The notes under the pieces were generated by a model, which saw nothing but the letters and a program-made list of their open reading frames with translations, was not told the origin of the DNA and did not search any database. Shown piece by piece: positions 48,101 to 56,239 of a stretch of DNA of 64,000 nucleotides (position 1 is its first letter; each line of letters opens with the position of its first letter). The position numbers were made by a program, and so were the translations under genes. The DNA is from a virus. Its lineage: Duplodnaviria; Caudoviricetes. The DNA lies in IMG/VR virus record IMGVR_UViG_3300028833_003296, positions 15,736 through 79,735 of that record. One strand, 5' to 3'.

Positions 48101-49257
48101 CCCATAACGGCCACGGTGACTGCCAACATGGTTTTCCTATGCGTGAGCAGATAGGTGATAGCTTTCAAGATGTTTATCTGGAAGCCACCGAAAGTCTCAT
48201 CTATCGCTTCTTTCCATGGGAGCAATGCCTGACCGAGTCTCATTTGGGCATTCTGCAAATCCGTGGTTTTCCTCAATGCCCTATCAGCTGCCGACACATA
48301 GGTTTCACCAGCATCAGCCAACTGGTTTTCCACGATGCTTGCCACCGCCTTCATGAAGTCGCCCGTCTCGGCAATCTTCTCATCTATTTCAGCAGCTGAG
48401 ATGCCAAGATTATCGAGGATCATCTTGCTCTTACGACCAAGACCTGTGACAATTGAGTTGGTCATGTACTCCACGGACTGCCCCGTCTGTTGTGCTTTCA
48501 ACTGTGCAAAAGCAAGATATTTTCCGAGATCTTCCAACGGAATCCTGAAGTCTTTGGCTTGAACGGCTGCCTTCATCAGCTCGAAATCGTTCACGGTTCC
48601 CTTGGTTGACTTTCGTAAGTTCTCCAGCAATTCAGCATTTTTGTCTATATTGTTGAAAGCATGTGCCACGCCATCGGCAGACTCGGCAAGTTCTATGGAA
48701 TCAGAAATGAGAAAACGTAAATTATCTCTTAATTTACCTCCTAAGAACTCCGCTAATTTAACAAAAATAGAACCTCGCAAAAAACTCATAGTATTTTCTT
48801 CAAGAAGTGAACCTTTTAATCCTTTCGCACTATCTTTTAACTGATTAATTCTTGCAGTAACATATTTAAGTCTGTCCTCCAACTTTATATACGCATCAGG
48901 ATTAAGTGATTTAGAAGTGTCATCAAGCTGTTTCTGAAGCTGCTTGGCTTGCTTCTTCAACTGGTTCATCGTGAGACAATTCACTTTAAGACTATTGGTT
49001 TGTTTGGCTATTTTCTCGGTGTTTGCTTTAATTTCCCTTCCAACTTCATTATATAATTTCTTGAGGTCTCTATATTGTTGGGATTCCTTCTTGCCTGCAG
49101 CCTCGAGCTTGATCATCTGGTCAAGTCGACGTTTGTTCTCTGCCCGAAGGTCACCAGTTGCCTTTTCTATCTTACGTATTTCCTGCTGAGCCTTGGCTGA
49201 CTCAACATCGACGATATACTTGATTTCGTCTTCTGAGATATGTTTGTTGTTTGCCAT
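45145..49257 (-). CDS. Tail tape measure protein
   Basis: 1370 aa, long coiled coils, central hydrophobic Ala-rich segments. Confidence 0.88.
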   Translation of the reverse strand: MANNKHISEDEIKYIVDVESAKAQQEIRKIEKATGDLRAENKRRLDQMIKLEAAGKKESQQYRDLKKLYNEVGREIKANTEKIAKQTNSLKVNCLTMNQLKKQAKQLQKQLDDTSKSLNPDAYIKLEDRLKYVTARINQLKDSAKGLKGSLLEENTMSFLRGSIFVKLAEFLGGKLRDNLRFLISDSIELAESADGVAHAFNNIDKNAELLENLRKSTKGTVNDFELMKAAVQAKDFRIPLEDLGKYLAFAQLKAQQTGQSVEYMTNSIVTGLGRKSKMILDNLGISAAEIDEKIAETGDFMKAVASIVENQLADAGETYVSAADRALRKTTDLQNAQMRLGQALLPWKEAIDETFGGFQINILKAITYLLTHRKTMLAVTVAVMGFSVAMIALNAQIRNYIVQTKVARAVTIAWQTAATTMRGIGLLMSAAIATFSGNTTRATAAMKLFNKTCKANVYVALATAIIAAGTALYGWITRNKEASKAVVDFMSLHKKLAEDIQAQNNSIKKSVNDTTSEQITKIKSLRKTINDANESYDKRKAAIQDLQKLVPGYHASINGEGNLFKQNTKIIDSYINKLKQAALAEVAYERIKENQRKIMDAQDNIDQQKQNVTNIKANAKRKTGVDLDTQNIGDDGMVRFNDVHNDKGQLDRVKLNYAWDPGDKTEYLKVQQRGIADRTQIIRKEEAIVKAYSAQNDRLWKIVKENGGQGQSILNPTFLNHEKNTGSSADKVGQEQKSAFANERNAELDAQEKLYNQAMEALKQNLIQRKISQEQYNSQALAMEMAHTAKIYDIEKGFTEKARQLQIKDSNDKQRIVLQQQDNEEKARRAFQQKHLDAMQQYYDAQKQLSEAAMTEEERRERNHKLQLDALEAYYKAAVDYAKAHGEDVNGITQAYEQAKAKLIRDYEESTAQTQYNIREQYGLVKAQEQYERELALLREHLKQKKLTQEQYNEAVKNMERDRENKIFSIREQYGLISQKEIFEKQKLQLQEQRDEGFLSEVDYQDALKNLKMESWKQQFDYYSQLFGSAFSALQEAEIANVDAKYDAEIEAARQAGEDTTDIENKKANEKLKIQKKYADVNFAIKASQIIADTAVSIMKAISELGPIAGPIAAALMGVTGAAQLAAANAEREKVKRMTLSGATSSNQVSGSRVATGLEDGGSIDEKSEGIPVPKNKEPQKRRKETDKDAPMATGLASGGSMDIERKQDGKMFHAKYDPLKRGYIDHPTVIVGEGPTGKSREWVASNAAVTNPTVAPLIDIIDRAQRVGTISTLDMRKYLLQQQVRGLQQGGYMTGHAQGSQPAAKGVNGGTVVVRTNQMETVNPETITRLLSVLERLETRGIKSFVALDELDAQQKLRSQSRKIGSKT

Positions 49258-49287
49258 AAAAAAAGCTGTCTGTTGTTATCATTAGTG

Positions 49288-49322
49288 CAAAGATAGCAAC
49301 AGACAGCGATATGGTAAAGGAC
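49288..49322 (-). promoter_or_regulatory. Prophage B late-type promoter GTCCTTT-N20-TATCTTTG
   Basis: Upstream of the tape measure gene. A partial duplicate lies at about 49603-49630. Confidence 0.65.
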
Positions 49323-49332
49323 AGGACGCTCA

Positions 49333-49494
49333 TCAACGACTTCTCCACCAAACCCAGAAGGGTATAGCGAGAACGGGGGTCAGCAAAAGGCATAATCCGA
49401 AATACAGAAAGCATGTAAACCATGACCAATCCTCATTCTTGATGAAGAAAGGCATTGATATGAGAATTATAATTATGTAAATTACGGTGAACAT
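49333..49494 (-). CDS. 53-aa two-helix membrane protein, cassette 1 (not in ORF track)
   Basis: MFTVIYIIIILISMPFFIKNEDWSWFTCFLYFGLCLLLTPVLAIPFWVWWRSR*. Confidence 0.75.
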   Translation of the reverse strand: MFTVIYIIIILISMPFFIKNEDWSWFTCFLYFGLCLLLTPVLAIPFWVWWRSR

Positions 49495-49521
49495 ACACTT
49501 ACTCTTTCCTTCATTTTACAT

Positions 49522-49559
49522 TGCAAATGTAAGCATTTGTCTTGAATTATGCAAGGGGA
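49522..49559 (-). promoter_or_regulatory. 38-bp repeated promoter, copy 1
   Basis: tgcaaatgtaagcatttgtcttgaattatgcaagggga, reading CTTG-N20-TACATTTG on the minus strand. Confidence 0.75.
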
Positions 49560-49630
49560 AATTCCAATTCTTAATGGTAATAATCCCTTTTTTTGTTTTC
49601 TGAACAGACAGCAATATCTTAAAGGACAGG

Positions 49631-49783
49631 CTATGGTCTTCTCAACCACCAATAGAGTAATCCAGAAACAGGAGTAAAGAACGTACTGATAAGCAAGAAC
49701 CACTTCCATTCATGCTTATCAGAAGCTGGGTATAGAACCAGCATCAATAACAGTCCGATGATAAAAGAAAAAATCACTATCAT
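49631..49783 (-). CDS. 50-aa two-helix membrane protein, cassette 2 (not in ORF track)
   Basis: MIVIFSFIIGLLLMLVLYPASDKHEWKWFLLISTFFTPVSGLLYWWLRRP*. Confidence 0.7.
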   Translation of the reverse strand: MIVIFSFIIGLLLMLVLYPASDKHEWKWFLLISTFFTPVSGLLYWWLRRP

Positions 49784-49813
49784 AATATTTATCCTTTCTC
49801 CTTATTATTCTAT

Positions 49814-49851
49814 TGCAAATGTAAGCATTTGTCTTGAATTATGCAAGGGGA
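49814..49851 (-). promoter_or_regulatory. 38-bp repeated promoter, copy 2
   Basis: Identical to copy 1. Confidence 0.75.
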
Positions 49852-49879
49852 TTTCCCTATTTTGCGATAGGAGAAAAGC

Positions 49880-50038
49880 CTATCCCTTGAATACGAACTT
49901 ATATAGAAAAATACCTATAGGAAGAGTGAAAGCAGCACAAAGACCCAAATAAATAAAACAAGCGAGCCATGACCAATCTTCCGCCTTGATGACGAAGAAC
50001 ATGGATATTAGTATTGCAAAGATGTAGATTGAAAGCAT
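49880..50038 (-). CDS. 52-aa two-helix membrane protein, cassette 3 (not in ORF track)
   Basis: MLSIYIFAILISMFFVIKAEDWSWLACFIYLGLCAAFTLPIGIFLYKFVFKG*. Paralogue of cassette 1. Confidence 0.75.
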   Translation of the reverse strand: MLSIYIFAILISMFFVIKAEDWSWLACFIYLGLCAAFTLPIGIFLYKFVFKG

Positions 50039-50068
50039 AATCTTTTCCCTTTCTCCTTGTTATTATGC

Positions 50069-50106
50069 TGCAAATTTAAGCATTTGTCTTGAATTATGCA
50101 AGGGGA
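50069..50106 (-). promoter_or_regulatory. 38-bp repeated promoter, copy 3
   Basis: One mismatch versus copies 1-2 (TAAATTTG). Confidence 0.75.
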
Positions 50107-50111
50107 AATCC

Positions 50112-50597
50112 CTATTTTTGATGGTAATAATCCCTATTTTTGTTTTCTGGATAGACGACACCATCCGTCTTGTCTATGTGAACGAACTCCTCTTTAAACT
50201 CGAAAGACAGTACTGTGTTGCCACCTTGGTGCGCAATCAGTAAACTTCCTTTAGTGATGATGTCCATACCGATGATGAAGTCGATGTCAGCGAGTGGGAT
50301 ATCGTGTTCCATGACATCTACGATGACAGCATGGTTCTGATCGCCAGGCATGGCGACGGACACAACTGCCCTACAAGTGTATTTGCCCTTGATTCCAAGA
50401 AAGCTTTGAGAATAGCCAGCCGTTTCGAGCTTCAGGAATTCAGACACCTTATCCCTTATGACAGAATATGTTGCTCCAGTATCCCATATAGCAGGAATGA
50501 CTACCTCACGACGATTGATGGGGTTGACAATACGAATGGGGGTTATGAGTTTGGTAGCAATACCATCAAACTCCTTCTGATAGACGTTATCTTGCAT
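50112..50597 (-). CDS. Retropepsin-like (clan AA) aspartic protease
   Basis: AIWDTGAT catalytic motif and DFIIGMDII. Start set at MQDNVY. Confidence 0.85.
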   Translation of the reverse strand: MQDNVYQKEFDGIATKLITPIRIVNPINRREVVIPAIWDTGATYSVIRDKVSEFLKLETAGYSQSFLGIKGKYTCRAVVSVAMPGDQNHAVIVDVMEHDIPLADIDFIIGMDIITKGSLLIAHQGGNTVLSFEFKEEFVHIDKTDGVVYPENKNRDYYHQK

Positions 50598-50823
50598 AGC
50601 GTGACGGTTTTGGGGTGAAACAACTGGAATCTTGTCCGCACCGTTGGACAATGAAAGTCCCTGGCTGATAGCCTTCACCGACCATCTTCATCCACAGCGA
50701 GGCACAATCATCTCCGAAGCCGATGACTTGAAGGTTTTTGATAGCCACGCACTTGTTGCCAAATACTTGATAGTAGGCATCGGCATGTTTTACGAAATAC
50801 TCGAAATCTGTTATCTGTTCCAT
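50587..50823 (-). CDS. DUF5678-like small protein
   Basis: FEYFVKH..YYQVFGNKCVAIKNLQVIGFGDD pattern. Overlaps the protease start. Confidence 0.65.
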   Translation of the reverse strand: MEQITDFEYFVKHADAYYQVFGNKCVAIKNLQVIGFGDDCASLWMKMVGEGYQPGTFIVQRCGQDSSCFTPKPSRYAR

Positions 50824-50825
50824 TT

Positions 50826-51224
50826 CTATTTTGATTTTGGGTTGAGTGACTTTTCAAGCTGCTCGCGTATCTCCCTGCGCACCTCTTCGTTGAAACCGTA
50901 GCGGAGGTTGGGGAAGGTCTCATTATAAAGGATAGGCCACGCAATTTTATTATAAAGGTTATGTTGTCCAGATGCTCTGACACCTTTTTTCTTTCGATAT
51001 CGAATATCAAGAAACCTCAAGTGCAACGGAATGTAGTGGAGAATAGAATATTGGTCTATTGTAATTTGTGTTAGTGGTACAGGATGATCAGCAAATCTAC
51101 GCAATCGTCCTGTACGTACTTGAAATGCACCAACTGATAGCCTCCATGCAGTCTGGATTTTGTTTATTCCCTCCTTGAGGGTGTCGTGCACGAATTTCTT
51201 CCTTACTAAACTGTCTGTTACCAT
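50826..51224 (-). CDS. Phage neck/tail-completion-like protein
   Basis: 132 aa, weakly similar to 3717-4166. Confidence 0.55.
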   Translation of the reverse strand: MVTDSLVRKKFVHDTLKEGINKIQTAWRLSVGAFQVRTGRLRRFADHPVPLTQITIDQYSILHYIPLHLRFLDIRYRKKKGVRASGQHNLYNKIAWPILYNETFPNLRYGFNEEVRREIREQLEKSLNPKSK

Positions 51225-51240
51225 ATCATTTGACTCATTT

Positions 51241-51276
51241 TAAAAAGGGCACCGCGTTTCACAACGGGGTGCCCGC
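51241..51276 (-). terminator. Intrinsic terminator-like hairpin
   Basis: GGGCACC..CGTT-TCAC-AACG..GGTGCCC with a U-run on the minus strand. Confidence 0.5.
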
Positions 51277-51314
51277 GCATGTTTTACAAAAACTCATTCG
51301 TTTAATTATTGTTG

Positions 51315-51349
51315 CAAATATATACCAATTATTTATAACGTTAAAGGAC
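51315..51349 (-). promoter_or_regulatory. Prophage B late-type promoter GTCCTTT-N20-TATATTTG
   Basis: Motif and spacing counted directly. Confidence 0.6.
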
Positions 51350-51423
51350 ATCGCATTTCACAACGGGATGTCCTTGTGACACTCCAATCGGATGGAGCCT
51401 TTATTAAATGATGGTAAAAAAAA

Positions 51424-51723
51424 TTATTGTTCTTTCTCTCGGAACATCCACTTGAACTGAAGTCCATGGGATGACGGACGGTTGCAGAACTTGTAGCCCG
51501 CCTCACTCAGGGCATGATAGACCAGGCTTGCATCCACCTTCGCTGACGGGTCGATTTGCTTGATGGCAGACACCACTTCCTCGGTGGAGAACCAATGCGT
51601 GGTCTCAGACGGGCCAATGGCTGGCTCAAAGCTCATGCCAATCGCCTTCACGTAGATGCTCAAGTCATATTGCCGAGCCTTCTCGTCCTCACGTTCGTTT
51701 TCTCTTTTTTCATTCTTCGCCAT
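51424..51723 (-). CDS. Small winged-helix-like phage protein
   Basis: Similar pattern to 10446-10715. Confidence 0.65.
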   Translation of the reverse strand: MAKNEKRENEREDEKARQYDLSIYVKAIGMSFEPAIGPSETTHWFSTEEVVSAIKQIDPSAKVDASLVYHALSEAGYKFCNRPSSHGLQFKWMFREKEQ

Positions 51724-51961
51724 GGTTGTTGTCTTTAAGTGAATTACTGATGGTACGAAAGTCCTTTATCAAGAAGCGAAACTCAGCGATGAGCTTCAGG
51801 TATTGTTTGTCTTCTGCATCAAGGATGCCCTGTGCCGCTTCGAGCAGCATGTCCGTGGCCTGCTCAAACACGCTGATGCGGTTTTCCAGGATATCAGGAT
51901 CCATGAGATACCGCACCACCTTGGATGCGTCATCATTCAAATTTACAACTGTTGTAGCCAT
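51710..51961 (-). CDS. Hypothetical phage protein
   Basis: 83 aa, overlapping the next gene. Confidence 0.6.
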   Translation of the reverse strand: MATTVVNLNDDASKVVRYLMDPDILENRISVFEQATDMLLEAAQGILDAEDKQYLKLIAEFRFLIKDFRTISNSLKDNNHGEE

Positions 51962-51983
51962 ATCCTTAGTATATTAACATTAT

Positions 51984-52337
51984 TCATTTATTGTCCTGCC
52001 ACTCTCCCTTTCCCTGAAAACGGCCTGTATCCAAATTGTACTCAAGTACCTTCTTCACGGGCTCGAAAGAGATGCGGGCAATGCTTGTATCCACCTTTCC
52101 CGACTCAATGGAGATTTGCCCTTTCCTGTCACCGCTAACGCAAAAATGTACGTGCGCCGCATGGCCTTCGGGCTTATGTTTCTCCAGCGTTCTCTTCAGC
52201 CGATGCACGAACACGTCGAAATCTTCCTTTCTCGAGAATGCCACGTGGTTGGCTCCACGCATCATCGCAACGGCATCCTCATAAAACTTGGGGTATTTTG
52301 CCCTCTCGAAGAAGTTGTCACAAAAACAGTAAATCAT
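51984..52337 (-). CDS. Hypothetical phage protein
   Basis: About 117 aa, co-oriented. Confidence 0.6.
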   Translation of the reverse strand: MIYCFCDNFFERAKYPKFYEDAVAMMRGANHVAFSRKEDFDVFVHRLKRTLEKHKPEGHAAHVHFCVSGDRKGQISIESGKVDTSIARISFEPVKKVLEYNLDTGRFQGKGEWQDNK

Positions 52338-52349
52338 AGTCAATCCTCC

Positions 52350-52514
52350 TTAAAATATTGTTCCTAAACTGTTCACCAATGCGCCCATCAAGAGCATTGC
52401 CACCAACACAACATGTACGCTCAACACTTCCCCATGGGTGAAGCTCTCACCGCAAAGGGTGGAGAACGTGTTGCTCCTTTTGTTTAGCCAATCATTCTTT
52501 CTCATAACTTGCAT
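52350..52514 (-). CDS. 54-aa protein, homologue of 11026-11190 (not in ORF track)
   Basis: MQVMRKNDWLNKRSNTFSTLCGESFTHGEVLSVHVVLVAMLLMGALVNSLGTIF*. Confidence 0.75.
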   Translation of the reverse strand: MQVMRKNDWLNKRSNTFSTLCGESFTHGEVLSVHVVLVAMLLMGALVNSLGTIF

Positions 52515-52758
52515 ATTTTAAAGGTTTATACTAAATAATCTTGTATCGGCTTAGGGATTCGAACCCGTTGCGCTCATTCCCACTATTAAATTCTTCTTGC
52601 GCTGCCTTACTGTTGATTCTTTTTGCCGATATAATAAACGGGAGTCCATTCCATTGCTTTCTAAATTGAATGTATGGGGTAGAACTATTACTCTGGGTGA
52701 ACTCCCGCGGTCGGATACCTTTTTCTCAGGGTCTCTATGTTCGATTTTCAAGCAAGTA

Positions 52759-53229
52759 TTATTTTTCTTCGCCATAGCCAGCCAATTGCAAAAGCCAGCC
52801 GATGAATAACACAAATGCTCCTACGAGCATGAGCACTCCCGCTACAATCCACAATGTACCCTTTCCACCACACAACAAACCAAGCACAGTACCGATAAGC
52901 ATTAAGGCCAAAGATGTATATAAGAAGTATTTCTCGAATTTCGTAAGCGATTTAGTTTCGTGAACTTTATGCAACGCAAGATATGAGACACCTTTATGTG
53001 CGAGCTTTACCGTACCATCGAATGATGTTATATATCCTATTCCTTTCATTTTGTTAAACACAAAGTTGCAAAGGTGGTATCTCGCGGTGTCCTTTACAAA
53101 CTTCTCATACAATTGTTTCAGCACATCTTCAACCATAAAAATCTGTGGCTGCTCATTCAGCGTATCGAGAAGGAAAAGTGCAATCTCAAATTCCATGTCT
53201 GTCGGAAAGTATTTTCTTAGTTTATCCAT
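52759..53229 (-). CDS. Winged-helix-like protein with two C-terminal transmembrane helices
   Basis: GYITSFDGTVKLAHKGVSYL wing motif, then hydrophobic segments. Confidence 0.6.
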   Translation of the reverse strand: MDKLRKYFPTDMEFEIALFLLDTLNEQPQIFMVEDVLKQLYEKFVKDTARYHLCNFVFNKMKGIGYITSFDGTVKLAHKGVSYLALHKVHETKSLTKFEKYFLYTSLALMLIGTVLGLLCGGKGTLWIVAGVLMLVGAFVLFIGWLLQLAGYGEEK

Positions 53230-53341
53230 GATTATTTGTCTTTAATGGAAAGTCGAATATTTCTTCAAGTTGTTTCCTTATTATGCCATTCTTTCCTCGT
53301 GCGTGGCTCCATGTAGCGGATGGCCTACGGGATAGGGGTCT

Positions 53342-53653
53342 TTATTCTTCTTTTTCATGATTTGTTTTGACGTATTTGGTATCTATTTCGCCAATGGCTT
53401 CAAAAACATCCAAGTATCCATGCAGACGACTGAGCAAATGTACGATAGTTCCAGCGTTATTTTTACTAAAAACGTCGTAAGTCGATATGATATAATCCTG
53501 AATTTCCAAGATACTATCCTTGAATCCATCCTTGACGAAATCGCCTATGTTATACAAGCGATCCAAGTCTTTTTCGGTGAACTTGGCCACGTAATCTCCA
53601 AGTCTTACCTCTGCCGTCGGTACGATGACCGATGAATTTTCTTTCTTTGCCAT
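53342..53653 (-). CDS. Hypothetical phage protein
   Basis: Homologue of 10712-11026. Confidence 0.7.
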   Translation of the reverse strand: MAKKENSSVIVPTAEVRLGDYVAKFTEKDLDRLYNIGDFVKDGFKDSILEIQDYIISTYDVFSKNNAGTIVHLLSRLHGYLDVFEAIGEIDTKYVKTNHEKEE

Positions 53654-53832
53654 AGTCTTTAATTGTTATGTTTGACGGTTGCAAAGATAAAGTAATATTT
53701 TAATATCTCCAAACATTTAATAAAATATTGCTTTGTTATTAACTCTTTTTAATAAAATATTACTTTAAGTTTTTGTTATTTGAATAAAATATTACTATCT
53801 TTGCCACTGAATAGATAATTAAGGAATATTTT

Positions 53833-54099
53833 ATGAAACTAAGAATAAAAGATATTTTGCAAGAAAAAGGTCTTACGTCTGTTGCTTTTTCCAAAATGCT
53901 CGGAGTGTCAGAAGTAACGATAAGCAATTTAATTAATGGAAAAACAATGCCATCCTTAAACACTTTGGAACATGCTGCTGAAATATTAAACGTCCCCATC
54001 TGGCAACTCTTCGCAGATCCAGCGGAAATCCAAACCAAAGATAATACTTTTATCACCTGCCCACATTGTGGCAGGGAGATACAGATAGAGGTGAAATGA
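53833..54099 (+). CDS. XRE-family HTH regulator with CPHCG zinc ribbon
   Basis: LQEKGLTSVAFSKMLGVSEVTISNL..PSLNTLE..ITCPHCGREIQIEVK. Confidence 0.85.
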   Translation: MKLRIKDILQEKGLTSVAFSKMLGVSEVTISNLINGKTMPSLNTLEHAAEILNVPIWQLFADPAEIQTKDNTFITCPHCGREIQIEVK

Positions 54100-54148
54100 A
54101 AAAGCCCCAACCTTGCGGGGCTGGGGGCTTGGTGTTAAAGTGATCTTT

Positions 54149-54580
54149 TTAAACGTATTGCGGAACTGGTCTGTCTATCAGGTGACCAGCGTCAATATCC
54201 TCTTTATATTTTTCAATAGATGCCTTAATCTTTTCGATTGTCGATGAAGTGGGTGATTTCATTCCACATGCGTATTGTCGCAGAAGCGAGGCATTCATGC
54301 CAGCGTAAGATGCAAAGGCAGTGACGTTTATCATGTAGTAACTGAAAAAGGCACCTACATCAAAGATGAATTCAAACTCCAGTTCAGGTATCTCCTTCCC
54401 CTCTTTCCTTAGGTATTCCTTCTCTTCTTCATAGCAAAGCTTGAAATCTTCAACTGCCTTTCGTGCCGTTTTGCCATCACCGATGAGCAAGGGAATTCCT
54501 TCATGCTCTCCTGCCATGAAGCAAGAAAACAAATCCTTGCCTGTCTCTACTATAACACTTATCTTTTTTGCCATACTCAT
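54149..54580 (-). CDS. hicB: HicB-family antitoxin
   Basis: Partial RNase H-like N-terminus (ISVIVETGKD..GDGKTARKAVEDF) plus C-terminal HTH (AGMNASLLRQYACG). Downstream of hicA. Confidence 0.8.
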   Translation of the reverse strand: MSMAKKISVIVETGKDLFSCFMAGEHEGIPLLIGDGKTARKAVEDFKLCYEEEKEYLRKEGKEIPELEFEFIFDVGAFFSYYMINVTAFASYAGMNASLLRQYACGMKSPTSSTIEKIKASIEKYKEDIDAGHLIDRPVPQYV

Positions 54581-54641
54581 GTTCTTTTTAAAAAAGTGAC
54601 CTATATGTGTATTGATTCAGTTACGGAAGAGGAACACGGGC

Positions 54642-54824
54642 TTAAAGCCCGAGTTCCTGATAGATAGATTTCAAAGTACCTTTTGGCACTTCTTCCGTTC
54701 CATGCCGCCCGACTCTTGTTTGTCTTCCATTTTTGGAATTCTCCCAAAGATCGTGACGAGCACCATGATGAAGTAGAAAGCATCCTGCTTTTCTTAACTT
54801 CTTGTACAACTCGTTGTACTTCAT
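54642..54824 (-). CDS. hicA: HicA-family toxin
   Basis: MKYNELYKKLRKAGC..HGARHDLW..VGRHGTEEVPKGTLKSI. Confidence 0.9.
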   Translation of the reverse strand: MKYNELYKKLRKAGCFLLHHGARHDLWENSKNGRQTRVGRHGTEEVPKGTLKSIYQELGL

Positions 54825-55035
54825 GTTACAATACATTTTAGATCACTTTGTCATTTCTGACGATGCAAAGGTAACAAAAAAGTTATTATTATGCAAATAT
54901 TTTGGTAACTTTTTTGCAACCGAATGTGTTTTTTCCATTTTCAGGATAGCAAGGCGACAAAGAAAGGGCGTGGTGCATTGGCTTGCATCACGCCCTAACG
55001 GTTTACCCATCATTTTCGTGGGGTCACGAAAATGG

Positions 55036-55470
55036 TTACGGGTTCACGGCATCCTCGCCTTCGGCATCCTCGTCGATGGAATAGAAGTCGGCTTCGCGAA
55101 TCTTCATGTCCTCGAAGAGACGGGCAGCACGGAATCGCTTGCCCAAGAAGAGATTCATTCGACAGCCCACCACGTTTTCACGGGCATTGAACTTGTCGGC
55201 GGTTTCGGCTGCCTTGGTTTTCAGTCCGATTTTGAAGATACCCAGCTCATCCATGCGCACTGCCTTTCCTTCGAGCAACAGTTCACGCAGACAGTTCTCC
55301 ATCTCGATAAGCACGCCACGGATGGTTGCCTCCGAGAATGGCGAATGATGGGTTGCAAGGTGGTTGATGAACTCGTCGAACTCCATGAGCTCGTGCGTAG
55401 CGCGTGCGTACCATTTTCCTTTGGTCTCGCTACCCTCGCGGTTGTTTTGTTTTACTTTGTAGTGAATCAT
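55036..55470 (-). CDS. HU/IHF-related DNA-binding protein (HU-HIG type)
   Basis: Close paralogue of 13886-14323. Confidence 0.85.
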   Translation of the reverse strand: MIHYKVKQNNREGSETKGKWYARATHELMEFDEFINHLATHHSPFSEATIRGVLIEMENCLRELLLEGKAVRMDELGIFKIGLKTKAAETADKFNARENVVGCRMNLFLGKRFRAARLFEDMKIREADFYSIDEDAEGEDAVNP

Positions 55471-55642
55471 TGTTTGTTGCGTGTTTAATGTTTAGTGTTT
55501 AGCGGGAGTTTCCCACCGATGCAAAGATACGCAGCCGTGAGCGGGCAAATACGAATGTATGCGGTTACGTGCGGTTATAGATGGGAAAATATGGTAGATT
55601 GCGGTTTTATTGTCTTACCTTTGCGGCCGCTTTAAGACACAC

Positions 55643-55861
55643 ATGATGACATTCAGAATTAAACCATACGGCAGAACGGAGCTGGCACAGCTCTACTGCC
55701 CAGACATCCTGCCCGAATCGGCTTGGAAGAAGTTCCGCCGATGGATGGAGGTACACCCCACGCTCATGGGCGTGATGGAGAAGTCGGGATACACCCATAG
55801 CCAACGCACCTTCACGTCGCTTCAGGTGAGCCAAATAGTGGCTGCCTTGGGCGAACCATAG
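55643..55861 (+). CDS. DUF4248-family protein
   Basis: Same protein as 14496-14714, with few synonymous DNA differences. Confidence 0.85.
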   Translation: MMTFRIKPYGRTELAQLYCPDILPESAWKKFRRWMEVHPTLMGVMEKSGYTHSQRTFTSLQVSQIVAALGEP

Positions 55862-55864
55862 TAA

Positions 55865-55924
55865 TTAACAAATTTTTTGGCTATATCTTTGGCGATTATA
55901 TATACAATTTTCGGCAAAGATATA
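55865..55924. repeat. Palindromic element, copy 3 of 3
   Basis: 60 bp identical to copies 1 and 2. Confidence 0.9.
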
Positions 55925-56156
55925 GTGTATTTTTAGAGGGAAGAAATAATCATTCATTCAAGATTTACAAATGTCTCCTCGAAGCCATCTTTCATTGGAT
56001 TTTGTCACAAAGGGAAACATTTTTTGGGATATCTAACTTTATATATTAATAAAGAGGAAAAAACAGGGAAAAAAGAGGGAAAAATAAAAATATCAATTAA
56101 ATAATAGTAAAATAGTTACTTTTCTTTCAAAAAATTTGGTTATTCGTAGTAATTTT

Positions 56157-56221
56157 ACTACTTTTGCAACAGAAATCAAAAATAATTCGATCTTTGACTA
56201 CTTTTGCAACAGAAATCAAAA
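56157..56221 (+). promoter_or_regulatory. Duplicated promoter segment upstream of second hicAB
   Basis: actacttttgcaacagaaatcaaaa twice, each containing TACTTTTG. Confidence 0.65.
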
Positions 56222-56239
56222 TTAAACGAAATTATAAAT

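Noticed and set aside
53221-53362. Possible frameshifted micro-gene MKKKNKDPYPVGHPLHGATHEERMA / IIRKQLEEIFDF
   Set aside because: Too short, and I have no homologue evidence to support it.
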